A stretch of DNA of 63,854 bases, counting the filler, from an uncultured Methanosarcinales archaeon (GTDB lineage: Archaea > Nanobdellota > Nanobdellia > Woesearchaeales > JABMPP01), in assembly GCA_964604995.1 (NCBI GenBank). It is 4 parts of 4 records of this genome, joined end to end, with 100 filler letters (N's around TTAATTAATTAA, not from the genome) between each part and the next. Parts side by side here need not be neighbours in the genome. Positions count along the whole stretch, not along the records: positions 1 to 19,424 come from CAZSAD010000032.1; 3 more parts are not named here. One strand, given 5' to 3'. The position numbers and the translations under genes were made by a program. The first letter of the stretch is position 1. Each line of letters starts with the position of its first letter. Below the pieces are notes generated by a model. It did no database searches. It worked only from the letters and a program-made list of their open reading frames with translations, and was not told the origin of the DNA. This document shows positions 8,533 to 18,704 of this stretch, in pieces.

Positions 8533-9474
8533 ATGCAAGAAAAAGATCCCTTGGAAACTAAAGATATCTCTAATGAGCAGATATCTAATAAAGTATTAGA
8601 AAAACCTGCTTGGCTAAAAATAAAACCTCCAACTACTGAGAAATTTTTACAAATTAAAAACAAAGTTACTGGCAAAAAATTAGTTACTGTTTGTCAAGAA
8701 GCACATTGTCCAAATATGTCAGAATGCTGGTCTGAAGGAACAGCTACTTTTATGGTTATGGGGGATACTTGTACAAGAGCATGCAAATTTTGTGCTATCA
8801 AAACTGCTTTTCCAGCACCACCCTTAGATGCAGATGAGCCGGAAAAATTAGTTGAAACAATATCTGCTATGGGATTAAAATATGTTGTATTAACTTCTGT
8901 CGATAGGGATGATTTAAAGGACCAAGGTTCTATGCATTTTGCTAAATGTATAAAAACATTAAAAGAAAATATTCCTGGGCTTTTAATTGAAGTTTTAATT
9001 CCTGATTTTAGGGGACAAGATGATTTAATAAATAATATTATTAAAGCAAATCCTGATGTGATTGCACACAATATTGAAACAGTTAAATCTCTTCAAAAAA
9101 AAGTTAGGGATCCAAGAGCAAATTATGAACAATCATTACATTTATTAGAACATGTAAAAAAAGTTGCTCCTCAAATTTATACTAAATCTTCAATAATGCT
9201 AGGTTTAGGTGAAACAAAAGAAGAAGTTGTTTTATCAATGCAAGATCTTAGAAAAATTGGAGTATCAATGCTTACAATTGGTCAATATTTAAGACCAGAT
9301 TCTTGGAATTTGCCAGTTGAAGAATATATACATCCTGATGTATTTAATTTTTATAAAAATAAAGGTGAAGAGTTAGAATTTGCATATGTTGCAAGTGGAC
9401 CCTTTGTTAGAAGTTCTTATAGGGCAGGAGAACTTTTTGTAACAAACATTTTACAAAATAAAACTTTTCATTAA
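8533..9474 (+). CDS. lipA: lipoyl synthase
   Basis: CQEAHCPNMSEC, radical-SAM CTRACKFC, C-terminal VRSSY. Confidence 0.97.
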   Translation: MQEKDPLETKDISNEQISNKVLEKPAWLKIKPPTTEKFLQIKNKVTGKKLVTVCQEAHCPNMSECWSEGTATFMVMGDTCTRACKFCAIKTAFPAPPLDADEPEKLVETISAMGLKYVVLTSVDRDDLKDQGSMHFAKCIKTLKENIPGLLIEVLIPDFRGQDDLINNIIKANPDVIAHNIETVKSLQKKVRDPRANYEQSLHLLEHVKKVAPQIYTKSSIMLGLGETKEEVVLSMQDLRKIGVSMLTIGQYLRPDSWNLPVEEYIHPDVFNFYKNKGEELEFAYVASGPFVRSSYRAGELFVTNILQNKTFH

Positions 9475-9601
9475 TCTTTTAGTAAATATTACTCTAAAAT
9501 ATCAAATAATAAAAAAATTTAAATCTCAACAAAAAACTTATATAATACCTAAGTTAATACTTAAGAAATATCTTTATAATAAAATTGTTTAGTGAGACAC
9601 A

Positions 9602-10666
9602 ATGCCAAAAAAAATAGTACATTCTTTCAATGTGGAATATTTGCAAGTTATGGATGAAAATGGTAATGTAGATTTAGAATTCATGCCAAAAGTTAGTGAT
9701 GAACAAATTAAGAAATTCTATGAAAATATGATTCTTATTAGAGTATGGGATAAAAAATGTTTATCTTTGCAAAGACAAGGAAGGCTTGGCACTTATGCAA
9801 TGGTTCTTGGGCAAGAAGCAAGTCAAGTTGGAACAGCTAGTGCACTTGATAAAGAAGATTGGTTATTTCCCACTTACAGGGAAAGCGGTGCATTGATTGT
9901 TCGTGGAATGCCACTTGTGACACTTTTGCAATATTGGGCAGGAGATGAACGAGGACAACATATTCCAGAAGGAGAAAATGATTTTACTGTTGCAATTCCA
10001 ATTGCAAGTCAAATTCCTCAAGCAGTTGGTGTTGCTTGGGCATTTAAACTAAAAAATCAAAAACATGCAGCTGCAACTTATTTTGGTGATGGCTCAACTT
10101 CAAAAGGAGATTTTCATGAAGGATTAAATTTTGCAGCTGTTTACAAACTTCCTGCTATTTTCGTTTGTCAAAATAATCAATTTGCAATTTCATGTCCAAG
10201 AAGTAAACAAACCATGTCAGAAACAATTGCGCAAAAAGCAATTGCTTATGGTATGCCTGCAATACAAGTAGATGGTAATGATGTTTTTGGAGTGTACCTT
10301 GCAATGAAACAAGCTCTTGATAGGGCATATTCTGGTGGTGGCCCTTCGTTAATTGAATGTGTGACTTATAGGATGGCAGATCATACAACTTCTGATGATA
10401 GTTTAAGATATCGCTCTAAAGAAGAAGTTGAAAACTGGGGAAAAAAAGATCCAGTTGAAAGATTAAAAAAATACATGCAAAGTAAACATCTTTTCGATGA
10501 ACAATATGAACAAGATGTTTTAATTAGAGCAACTAATACAGTTGAATTAGCAGTCAAAGAACTTGAGGCAATTCCTCCACAAAAAGTTGATGATCTTTTT
10601 ACATATACTTATTCAGAAATGACTCCACAATTAAAAGAACAATTAGACTATTTAAAAAAATTTTAG
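9602..10666 (+). CDS. pdhA: pyruvate/2-oxoacid dehydrogenase E1 alpha
   Basis: GQEA, TPP motif GDG...NN, HTTSDD. Confidence 0.93.
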   Translation: MPKKIVHSFNVEYLQVMDENGNVDLEFMPKVSDEQIKKFYENMILIRVWDKKCLSLQRQGRLGTYAMVLGQEASQVGTASALDKEDWLFPTYRESGALIVRGMPLVTLLQYWAGDERGQHIPEGENDFTVAIPIASQIPQAVGVAWAFKLKNQKHAAATYFGDGSTSKGDFHEGLNFAAVYKLPAIFVCQNNQFAISCPRSKQTMSETIAQKAIAYGMPAIQVDGNDVFGVYLAMKQALDRAYSGGGPSLIECVTYRMADHTTSDDSLRYRSKEEVENWGKKDPVERLKKYMQSKHLFDEQYEQDVLIRATNTVELAVKELEAIPPQKVDDLFTYTYSEMTPQLKEQLDYLKKF

Positions 10667-10729
10667 TAATATGCTTATGAAATTACAAATTAGGGAATTA
10701 CAAAAATTAAAATTACAAAATAAATTAGG

Positions 10730-11719
10730 ATGATTAAAATGCCAACACAAAAATTAAACATGGTACAATCAATCAATCTTGCTTTAAGATTAGAAATGAG
10801 AAAAAATCCAAATATTGTTTTAATTGGGGAAGATGTAGGTAAAAATGGAGGAGTATTTAGAGCAACAGATGGTCTTTTGGCAGAATTTGGTGATAGTAGA
10901 GTAACTGATACTCCACTAGCTGAATTAGGGCTTATTTCAACAGCATTTGGTTTATCTTTAGGTGGAATAAGACCAGTTGCTGAAATACAATTTAGTGGTT
11001 TTATTTATTCAGCTATGGATCATATTATAAATCATATTGCAAGAATAAGAAATAGGTCAAGAGGAAGATTTACTTGTCCAATGGTTATTAGAACTCCTTA
11101 TAGTGCAGGAATTCGCGCACTTGAACATCATTCTGAAAGTACAGAAGCACTTTTTGCACAGATTCCAGGTTTGAAAGTTGTTATCCCTTCAACTCCTTAT
11201 GAAGCAAAAGGTCTTTTAACAGCTGCTTTAAGAGAACAAGATCCTGTAATTTTCTTTGAGCCATCAAGAGTTTATCGTGCTATAAAAGAAGATGTTCCAG
11301 AAGAAGAATATGTTATTCCAATTGGCAAAGCCAATGTATTGCATGAGGGAAGCGATATTACGGTGATCTCTTATGGAGCAATGCTTAAAACTTGTATGGA
11401 AGCTTTTGAACTTTTAAAATCAAAGTATAGTATTGAAATAATTGATTTAAGAACAATTGCACCAATAGACCAGGAAACAATAATTAATTCAGTTAAAAAA
11501 ACAGGAAGATGCGTTGTTGTAAATGAAGCTCCAAGAACTTTGGGTGTTGCAGCAGAAATAATTGCATTAATCAATGACAAAGCAATGCTTTCATTACAAG
11601 CACCTGTTGAAAGAGTAACTTCTCCTGATATAGTTGTTCCTTTCCTTAAAATGGAAAATTATTATTTCCCAGATGTTAAAAAAGTTGTTGCAGGAATTGA
11701 AAAAGTAATGCAATTTTAA
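10730..11719 (+). CDS. pdhB: pyruvate/2-oxoacid dehydrogenase E1 beta
   Basis: GEDVGKNGGVFRAT, DTPLAE, EIQF, HHSES, IDLRTIAP. Confidence 0.94.
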   Translation: MIKMPTQKLNMVQSINLALRLEMRKNPNIVLIGEDVGKNGGVFRATDGLLAEFGDSRVTDTPLAELGLISTAFGLSLGGIRPVAEIQFSGFIYSAMDHIINHIARIRNRSRGRFTCPMVIRTPYSAGIRALEHHSESTEALFAQIPGLKVVIPSTPYEAKGLLTAALREQDPVIFFEPSRVYRAIKEDVPEEEYVIPIGKANVLHEGSDITVISYGAMLKTCMEAFELLKSKYSIEIIDLRTIAPIDQETIINSVKKTGRCVVVNEAPRTLGVAAEIIALINDKAMLSLQAPVERVTSPDIVVPFLKMENYYFPDVKKVVAGIEKVMQF

Positions 11720-11961
11720 TTTTCTTTACTAAATTTCTATAATTTTTATTCTACAAATTTTTATAATCAATTTATAATCAATTTCTATAATTTTTTATGG
11801 TGCAATAAAAAGAAAGTATTAAATAACTTGAAAATTTATTAAATTCTACTATAAAGCATTAATCATATAGCTTATACCAATCTTATAACTTATCTAAATA
11901 ATATAAATTATCTGAATAACATTAAACAACAATAAAAAATAACAAAAAATAGGGATGAAAA

Positions 11962-13305
11962 ATGGTATTTGAATTTAAATTTCCAGACGTTGGGGAAGGA
12001 ATTCATGAAGGCAAGCTTGTAAAATGGCATGTTCAAGAAGGGGATAATGTTAATCATGATCAAATTCTTTGTGAAGTTGAAACTGATAAAGCAGTTGTAG
12101 AAATACCTTCACCAAAAACCTCTAAAATACTAAAACTTCATGGCAAAGAAGGAGAAATAATTCATGTTGGAGATACTCTTGTAACATTTGAAGCAGATGA
12201 TGAACCTAGTGAAAATAAAAATAAAGTCGTTGATTCTAAATTAGGTGAAGCTAAAAGTTCTAGTCAAACAACAGATAGTTCATCAGCAGCAAATAAAGCT
12301 GGATCAGTTGTTGGTTTTTTAGAAGAAGGAAAAGATGATAATGTTTTTACAAGAAATTTGAACAAAGATGAAAAAAAAGCAGATATTCACAAAAATATTA
12401 TAGCAACTCTTGCGGTAAAAAAACTTGCAAAAGATATTGGCGTTGATTTAACTAAAGTAATAGGTACTGGTTCGGGCGGTAGAATTACCGAAGATGATGT
12501 TAAACAATTTTCCAATGAATCAAAAACTTCAATAAAAACATTATCTAATAAAGTATCTTCTACCAAAAATTTAGATGTAAAAAATACTGATTTTAAAAAT
12601 TATGATTTATATGGTTCAGTTGAGCATTTGCCTTTAACATCCATTCGTAAATCTATTGCACATAAAATGCAAGAATCAGTATACACTGCACCGCATGTAA
12701 CTGTAATTGATGAAGTAGATATCACTAATTTACATCTTAAAAAAGAATCAGATAAAATTTTAGCGGAATCAAAAAATATCAAAATTACTTATTTAACATA
12801 CATTGCAAAAGCAGTTACTAACGCATTAAAATTACATCCTTTGTTAAATTCAACACTAAATGAAAAAGATGAGGAAATTATTATCAAAAAATATTATAAT
12901 TTGGGAATTGCAGTCGATACAACTGAAGGTTTGATGGTTCCTGTTGTAAAAAAAACAGATGAATTAAATATATTTGAAATTGCAAATGAAGTTACTAAAC
13001 TTTCAGAGGCAGCAAGAGATCACACAATTGGACTTAGTAATTTAAAGGGAAGTACATTTAGCATAACTAATATTGGTTCAATGGCAGGGTTATATTTTAC
13101 ACCAATAATAAATTTTCCAGAAGTTGCAATTTTAGGAATTGGCAGAATACAGGATAGGGCAAAATTTCAAGACAATAAATTTGAACAAAGAAAAATATTG
13201 CCTTTATCTTTATCTTTTGATCATAGGGTAGTTGATGGAGCAGAAGCTGCAAGATTTTTAAAAGATGTAATGATTATGCTTGAAAATCCTGAAAAAATAA
13301 TTTAA
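11962..13305 (+). CDS. pdhC: dihydrolipoamide acyltransferase E2 (one lipoyl domain)
   Basis: Lipoyl site VETDKA, E3-binding GTGSGGRITEDDV, catalytic DHRVVDG. Confidence 0.95.
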   Translation: MVFEFKFPDVGEGIHEGKLVKWHVQEGDNVNHDQILCEVETDKAVVEIPSPKTSKILKLHGKEGEIIHVGDTLVTFEADDEPSENKNKVVDSKLGEAKSSSQTTDSSSAANKAGSVVGFLEEGKDDNVFTRNLNKDEKKADIHKNIIATLAVKKLAKDIGVDLTKVIGTGSGGRITEDDVKQFSNESKTSIKTLSNKVSSTKNLDVKNTDFKNYDLYGSVEHLPLTSIRKSIAHKMQESVYTAPHVTVIDEVDITNLHLKKESDKILAESKNIKITYLTYIAKAVTNALKLHPLLNSTLNEKDEEIIIKKYYNLGIAVDTTEGLMVPVVKKTDELNIFEIANEVTKLSEAARDHTIGLSNLKGSTFSITNIGSMAGLYFTPIINFPEVAILGIGRIQDRAKFQDNKFEQRKILPLSLSFDHRVVDGAEAARFLKDVMIMLENPEKII

Positions 13306-13389
13306 TTTAAAATTAATTAAAATTAATCAAATACAACCAAATACTATCAAGCACAATTAAAGATAATTAAACTAATTGGATTTATTAAA

Positions 13390-14841
13390 ATGGAAAACTC
13401 AAAATTATCTAATGGGCAAATTAAGAAATGTGAAATTGTTGTGATAGGTGGGGGTCCAGCAGGGTATACTTCAGCAATTAGACTTGGGCAACTTGGAAAA
13501 AAAGTAGTACTTGTTGAAAAAGGACATCTTGGGGGTATTTGCTTAAATGTTGGTTGCATTCCTTCAAAAGCTTTAATCCATGTTGCAGACCTTTATCATA
13601 AAACTAAACATTCATCTAAAATAGGGATTGAAGCAAATAATGTAAATCTTGATTTAAAAAAAATGCAAATTTGGAAAGAAGGCATTGTAACAAAACTAAG
13701 AAATGGAATTGAATTTTTGTGCAAATCAAATAATGTTGAATTAATTAGGGGCAGTGCTTCATTTTTGTCAAATACACAAATTTCAATATCTTTAAATGAT
13801 GGTACAAATATTACCTTAAAATTTGAATCTGCAATAATTGCAACTGGTTCAATCCCAATGGATGTAGCTAGTGCAAAACTAAACGAAATTAATATAATTG
13901 GCAGCTCTGAAGCATTAAATACAAATGAAATTCCTAAAAGAATTTTAGTAGTTGGATCTGGTTATATTGGTATGGAACTTAGCACTTTTTATGCAAAAAT
14001 TGGGTCAAGTGTCACAATTGCAGAAAGATCGGATGACTTATTAAAATTAATTGATTTAGATTTAAGAGATGTTGTAAGAAAAAGAGCAAATGAATTAGGT
14101 ATCACTTTTTTGTTTAATACTTCTGTAGTTTCTTGTGAAACTGATGGCAAACCTAATAGTATTGTTACTGTAAATTTAAAGGATATAATTTCTGGAAAAG
14201 AAAGTAAAATTGAAGTTGATAAAGTTCTTGTTGCAATTGGTAGAAAACCATTAACCGAAGGAATTGGTTTGGAAAAAATAAATGTTCAAAAAGATGCAAG
14301 AGGTTTTGTTGTGGTTGACCATAAATTCATGACAACAGAAAAAAATATTTATGCTATTGGTGATTTAATAGGCGGGCAAATGCTTGCACATAAAGGTTAT
14401 GCAGAGGGTAAATTATGTTCAGAAATTATTGCTGGTAAGAGAGATAATGGTGATATTGCATTAATTCCTTATGTTGTGTTTTCTGATCCAGAAATTGCAA
14501 TTGTTGGTTTATCAGAAGAAGAAGCAAAAAAGAAAGGATTAAAAATCAATATTTCAAAATATCCTTTTAGTGCACTTGGTAGAGCAGCAGCAATTGATGA
14601 TTCAAATGGATTTGTTAAAATCATAGCTGATTTTGATACAAATAAAATATTGGGATTTCACATAGTGGGACCAGATGCATCAAACATAGTTGGAGAGCTT
14701 TCATTAACTTTAAGCATGGGTTTATCATTGGAAAATGTTGCATCAACAATTCATCCTCATCCTTCATTATCGGAAGCTATTGGTGAAGCTGCAGAATTAA
14801 TGCTTGGAAAATCAGTACATTTTTTAAACAAGAAAAAATAA
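13390..14841 (+). CDS. lpdA: dihydrolipoamide dehydrogenase E3
   Basis: GGGPAG, GGICLNVGCIPSK, HPHPSLSE. Confidence 0.96.
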   Translation: MENSKLSNGQIKKCEIVVIGGGPAGYTSAIRLGQLGKKVVLVEKGHLGGICLNVGCIPSKALIHVADLYHKTKHSSKIGIEANNVNLDLKKMQIWKEGIVTKLRNGIEFLCKSNNVELIRGSASFLSNTQISISLNDGTNITLKFESAIIATGSIPMDVASAKLNEINIIGSSEALNTNEIPKRILVVGSGYIGMELSTFYAKIGSSVTIAERSDDLLKLIDLDLRDVVRKRANELGITFLFNTSVVSCETDGKPNSIVTVNLKDIISGKESKIEVDKVLVAIGRKPLTEGIGLEKINVQKDARGFVVVDHKFMTTEKNIYAIGDLIGGQMLAHKGYAEGKLCSEIIAGKRDNGDIALIPYVVFSDPEIAIVGLSEEEAKKKGLKINISKYPFSALGRAAAIDDSNGFVKIIADFDTNKILGFHIVGPDASNIVGELSLTLSMGLSLENVASTIHPHPSLSEAIGEAAELMLGKSVHFLNKKK

Positions 14842-14861
14842 AACAAGAACTAAATAAAAAT

Positions 14862-15419
14862 ATGGTGAGGCATAAACCAAAAAAGGTAAGGTGTTTTATG
14901 ATGGAAGATACAATTCATTTTATTATTACTGGTGGAACAATTGATTCATTTTATGACATATCCAAAGATACAGTAACGCCTAATGAAGAAACAGTTATCC
15001 CTAATTTTATTAAAAATCTTAAACTGTATAATAATTTAGAATACACTCTTATTTGCATGAAAGATAGTCGTGATATAATTAGATCGGATTTAAAAAATAT
15101 TCTTACTGCTGTTGAAAAAAGTAAACACAAAAAAATAATAATCACACATGGAACTTACACTATGCCAGATACTGCAAGATTTCTTGAAGCTAATTTACAA
15201 AGAAAAGATCAAACAATAATCATCACTGGTTCTATGATTCCTTTAATGGGGTTTAGTCCATCTGATGCACCATTTAGTTTAGGTTATGCAATTGCAAAAG
15301 TTCAAGATTTAAAATCTGGGGTATATGTATGCATGAACGGAAAAGTCTTTTCATCAACAGAAGTTATGAAAATTAGTAAAGAAGGAAAATTTGCATCAAT
15401 TTTTGGAGAAACTTCTTAA
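14862..15419 (+). CDS. short asparaginase-like protein (N-terminal domain only; start may be 14901)
   Basis: TGGTI, KDS, THGTYT, ITGSMIP motifs. Confidence 0.8.
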   Translation: MVRHKPKKVRCFMMEDTIHFIITGGTIDSFYDISKDTVTPNEETVIPNFIKNLKLYNNLEYTLICMKDSRDIIRSDLKNILTAVEKSKHKKIIITHGTYTMPDTARFLEANLQRKDQTIIITGSMIPLMGFSPSDAPFSLGYAIAKVQDLKSGVYVCMNGKVFSSTEVMKISKEGKFASIFGETS

Positions 15420-15487
15420 TTTTTACTAGTTCTAATTTATCTTATTATTTGTATCATTTATCATCAATTCTGTTAATTATTAATATT

Positions 15488-16246
15488 TTATCTCATAAAA
15501 TTCCATTCTTTTGTTTTATATCTATTTTCAACTAGATTTTTAGCATCTTCAATTTCTTTTGATGTAAGTTCACCAAAAAAATGTTCTTTATTTAAACTAA
15601 ATCCTTTGAGTAATGCTAAATATAATCCTTCTTTAGTAATACTAGGATCAATATTTTTTATACTTGTTACTCTTTGCTTAACATTAGAAATTAATTTATC
15701 TGCTATTTTGGCTTGTCCAACTTTTAATAATGAAAACATTTTTTCAACATCTACTTCATATAATATTGTCCCATGCTGAAGTAAAACCCCATTTCTTCTT
15801 GTTTGTGCATTTCCACTTATTTTTTTACCATCGTTTGTAATTATATCATTAATTGGTTTGAATTCACTTTTTATCTCAAGAAGTTTTAAAGATTCTACAA
15901 TCCATCCACAAATTAGATGATATGATTCCGTAATTCCTTTTGGCATTATTTTTTCAGGAGCTATTACACTATATGTTATTTCCCCACCTATATCATGGTA
16001 TACAGCACCGCCGCCAGTTCTTCTTCTTATACAATCTACTTTTGAATTTTTGCATGCATCAATATTTATTTCATCTAGTATACTTTGAAAATAGCCAATA
16101 GAAACAGCACTTGGTTTCCAAGTGTAAAATCTTATAGTGGGTGGTGATAAATCTAAAGCAACAGAATTACTAATTGCTTCATCAAGAGCCATATTCATAA
16201 ATGCATCATTTTCTTGAAGAGATAAAATTCTCCATTTTGTTGACAC
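15488..16246 (-). CDS. lipoate-protein ligase catalytic subunit (LplA/LipM-like)
   Basis: NMALDE, SIGYFQ, RRRTGGGAVYHD, KKISGNAQ, LQHGT. Confidence 0.93.
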   Translation of the reverse strand: MSTKWRILSLQENDAFMNMALDEAISNSVALDLSPPTIRFYTWKPSAVSIGYFQSILDEINIDACKNSKVDCIRRRTGGGAVYHDIGGEITYSVIAPEKIMPKGITESYHLICGWIVESLKLLEIKSEFKPINDIITNDGKKISGNAQTRRNGVLLQHGTILYEVDVEKMFSLLKVGQAKIADKLISNVKQRVTSIKNIDPSITKEGLYLALLKGFSLNKEHFFGELTSKEIEDAKNLVENRYKTKEWNFMR

Positions 16247-16286
16247 AATATCACCTTTGTTTATTTTGATATCTACTCAATTTTGT

Positions 16287-16580
16287 TTAGTCTGAATTTG
16301 CAATTGCATTTTTTATTAAATCCACTAAAAATTCAGGAGTTATTCCTATCATTACAATATTCTCTTTTTTTATTAAATTTTTAACTTTTAATAAACCTAT
16401 ATTTTGTTCAAAATTGATATCTAAATCATTAAACAATTCTTCAATTTCTTTTATTTTTTCTTCTGGATGAATAAAAAAATCACCGGTTATTTGAAGAGAA
16501 CTTATTTTACTGTCTGTGCAATCAATTTTAACTTTTGCTAATTTTCCATTTGGAACTTTTTGCTGTGCTGTATAAATCAT
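16287..16580 (-). CDS. lipoate-protein ligase accessory subunit (LplB-like)
   Basis: KVPNGKL, ITGDFFIHPEE; adjacent to the catalytic subunit. Confidence 0.85.
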   Translation of the reverse strand: MIYTAQQKVPNGKLAKVKIDCTDSKISSLQITGDFFIHPEEKIKEIEELFNDLDINFEQNIGLLKVKNLIKKENIVMIGITPEFLVDLIKNAIANSD

Positions 16581-16679
16581 TTTACCTCTTGTTTTTATTA
16601 TCTATAATTTATTATTTATAATTACTTTTCTTTATTTACTGTTATTATCATCCTTACTATTATTATTACTATTATTTAA

Positions 16680-18176
16680 TTAACCTTTAATATTTCCAAT
16701 GGGCTTTAAGCCAACAACTGCTTTACTTATTCCACTTTTTTGTAAAGATTCAACAACATCTCCAATATTTTTATATGCATTGCCTGCTTCTTCAGCAAGA
16801 CCTGACATAGAAACTGCCTTTACATATATCCCTCTTTTTTCCATGTCTTTTTGAAGTTTTTCTCCTCTAAATTCATGAGTTGCTTGCGATCTTGACATTG
16901 TTCTTCCTGAACCATGAGCAGTTGAACCAAAAGTTTCATCCATAGCTTTTTGTGTTCCTACAAGAAGATAACTTCCTGTTTCCATACTCCCACCTAAAAT
17001 TACAGGTTGACCAGTTTTTCTATATTTAGGAATCAATTCTTTTTGGTTTGGGCCAAAGCTTCTTGTTGCACCTTTTCTGTGCACAACTAATTTTTTCTTT
17101 TTTCCATCTACTTCATATTCTTCGAGTTTAGCAATATTATGGGCAACATCATAAATTAAATCCATTCCCATTTCTTCTGAAGATTTATTAAATATTTGTT
17201 CAAATCCTAATCTTACCTGATTCATAATAACTTGTCTATTTGCAAATGCTACATTTGCAGCACAAATCATTGCTGAAAAATAATCTTGGCCTTCTTTACT
17301 TCTAAAAGGCGCGCAAGCAAGTTGCTTATCTTTAACAGAAATATTATATTTTTCCATTACTCCATCAAATGTGTGTAAATAATCTGTTCCTATTTGGTGG
17401 CCAAATCCACGTGAGCCGCAATGTACCATAATAACAATTTGACCATCTTCACAAACTTCAAATGCTTTTGCAATTTTTTCATCATAAATATTTTCTTTTC
17501 TTACAACTTGAATTTCTAAATAATGATTTCCAGAACCTAAAGTTCCAAGTTGGTTTATTCCCCTATCCATTGCTTTTTGGCTTACTTTTGTTGGGTCCGC
17601 TCCTTTTATCATACCATATTCTTCTATTCTTTGTAAATCCTCTTTCCAGCCATAGCTATTATCCACACACCATTTAACACCGTCAGTCATTACATCTTTA
17701 AATTGCTGTCTTGTTAATTTTACAAAACCTTTTCCGCCAACTCCTGCCGGAACCATCTTAAATAACGTATCAACTAATGGCTTTAATTTTGGTTGAACTT
17801 CATCAATTGACAAATTTGTTTTAATTAAGCGCATTCCACAATTAATATCAAATCCTATTCCACCTGGGCTAATTATCCCTGTTTCAGAATCAAAAGCTGC
17901 AACTCCACCAATTGGAAAACCGTAACCCCAATGTCCATCCGGCATACAAAATGATGCTTTTTGAATTCCAGGTAAACACGCTACATTTGTTACTTGTTCA
18001 ATTACTCCACTATCCATTGTATCTACAATTTTTTTTGTAGCATACAATCTAGACGGAACTAACATTCCTTTTTTGTAGCTAGTTGGTATTTCCCAAACAG
18101 CTTCATCAATTTGTTTCATATCAATCATTTTATTCCTCAATTTGTTATTTTTTATTATATATGATTTATATATCAA
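16680..18176 (-). CDS. rtcB: tRNA-splicing ligase RtcB
   Basis: MPDGHWGYGFPIGG, DINCG, GSGNHYLE, HCGSRG, HRKGAT, HGSGR. Confidence 0.98.
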   Translation of the reverse strand: MIYKSYIIKNNKLRNKMIDMKQIDEAVWEIPTSYKKGMLVPSRLYATKKIVDTMDSGVIEQVTNVACLPGIQKASFCMPDGHWGYGFPIGGVAAFDSETGIISPGGIGFDINCGMRLIKTNLSIDEVQPKLKPLVDTLFKMVPAGVGGKGFVKLTRQQFKDVMTDGVKWCVDNSYGWKEDLQRIEEYGMIKGADPTKVSQKAMDRGINQLGTLGSGNHYLEIQVVRKENIYDEKIAKAFEVCEDGQIVIMVHCGSRGFGHQIGTDYLHTFDGVMEKYNISVKDKQLACAPFRSKEGQDYFSAMICAANVAFANRQVIMNQVRLGFEQIFNKSSEEMGMDLIYDVAHNIAKLEEYEVDGKKKKLVVHRKGATRSFGPNQKELIPKYRKTGQPVILGGSMETGSYLLVGTQKAMDETFGSTAHGSGRTMSRSQATHEFRGEKLQKDMEKRGIYVKAVSMSGLAEEAGNAYKNIGDVVESLQKSGISKAVVGLKPIGNIKG

Positions 18177-18597
18177 AAACTAATTTTGCAACCCATCCTT
18201 TTTTTGTTTTTTCTAATTTAAACATATGCAAGGTAATAGCTTTTACATCTGATCTTAATTTATGTTTTTTTATGTTAATTTCTTCTCCAAATAATTGGCC
18301 ATTGATTTTATATTTACTATTCTTTTCTTCTACAATTTTTATTTTTACACTTGAAAAAATGAAATTCTTTGAATCTTTGAAAAATACTATCTCTTCTAAA
18401 AAAGCAATTAAAAGATCATCTATTTTTTTTGATTCTAAATTAAATTCTATTTTATTTTTTTTACCAACAGTTGAAATGTCAACCATTGTACTAAAAAGTG
18501 CATTTGCACTATCTAAGAAAACTTCCTCTAAAGTTTTACTTTTTACTATGTATGCAACATCAGCTGTGGCAACGCCTTTTATTATTTTGAATGTCAT
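18166..18597 (-). CDS. archease
   Basis: TADV near the N-terminus, DVKAITLH, C-terminal FDI; directly upstream of rtcB. Confidence 0.93.
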   Translation of the reverse strand: MTFKIIKGVATADVAYIVKSKTLEEVFLDSANALFSTMVDISTVGKKNKIEFNLESKKIDDLLIAFLEEIVFFKDSKNFIFSSVKIKIVEEKNSKYKINGQLFGEEINIKKHKLRSDVKAITLHMFKLEKTKKGWVAKLVFDI

Positions 18598-18704
18598 GAA
18601 AATATGTTTGGAAACTGGTTTTATAACCTTTTACCTTTTGTTTTACTTATATATTCATATTATAATCTACGAATATATAGTCTGTGAAGATTTTAAAAAT
18701 TATC

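Noticed and set aside
11750..11800. Short TTTATAATCAA duplications between pdhB and pdhC
   Set aside because: Low-complexity AT-rich spacer; no support for function.
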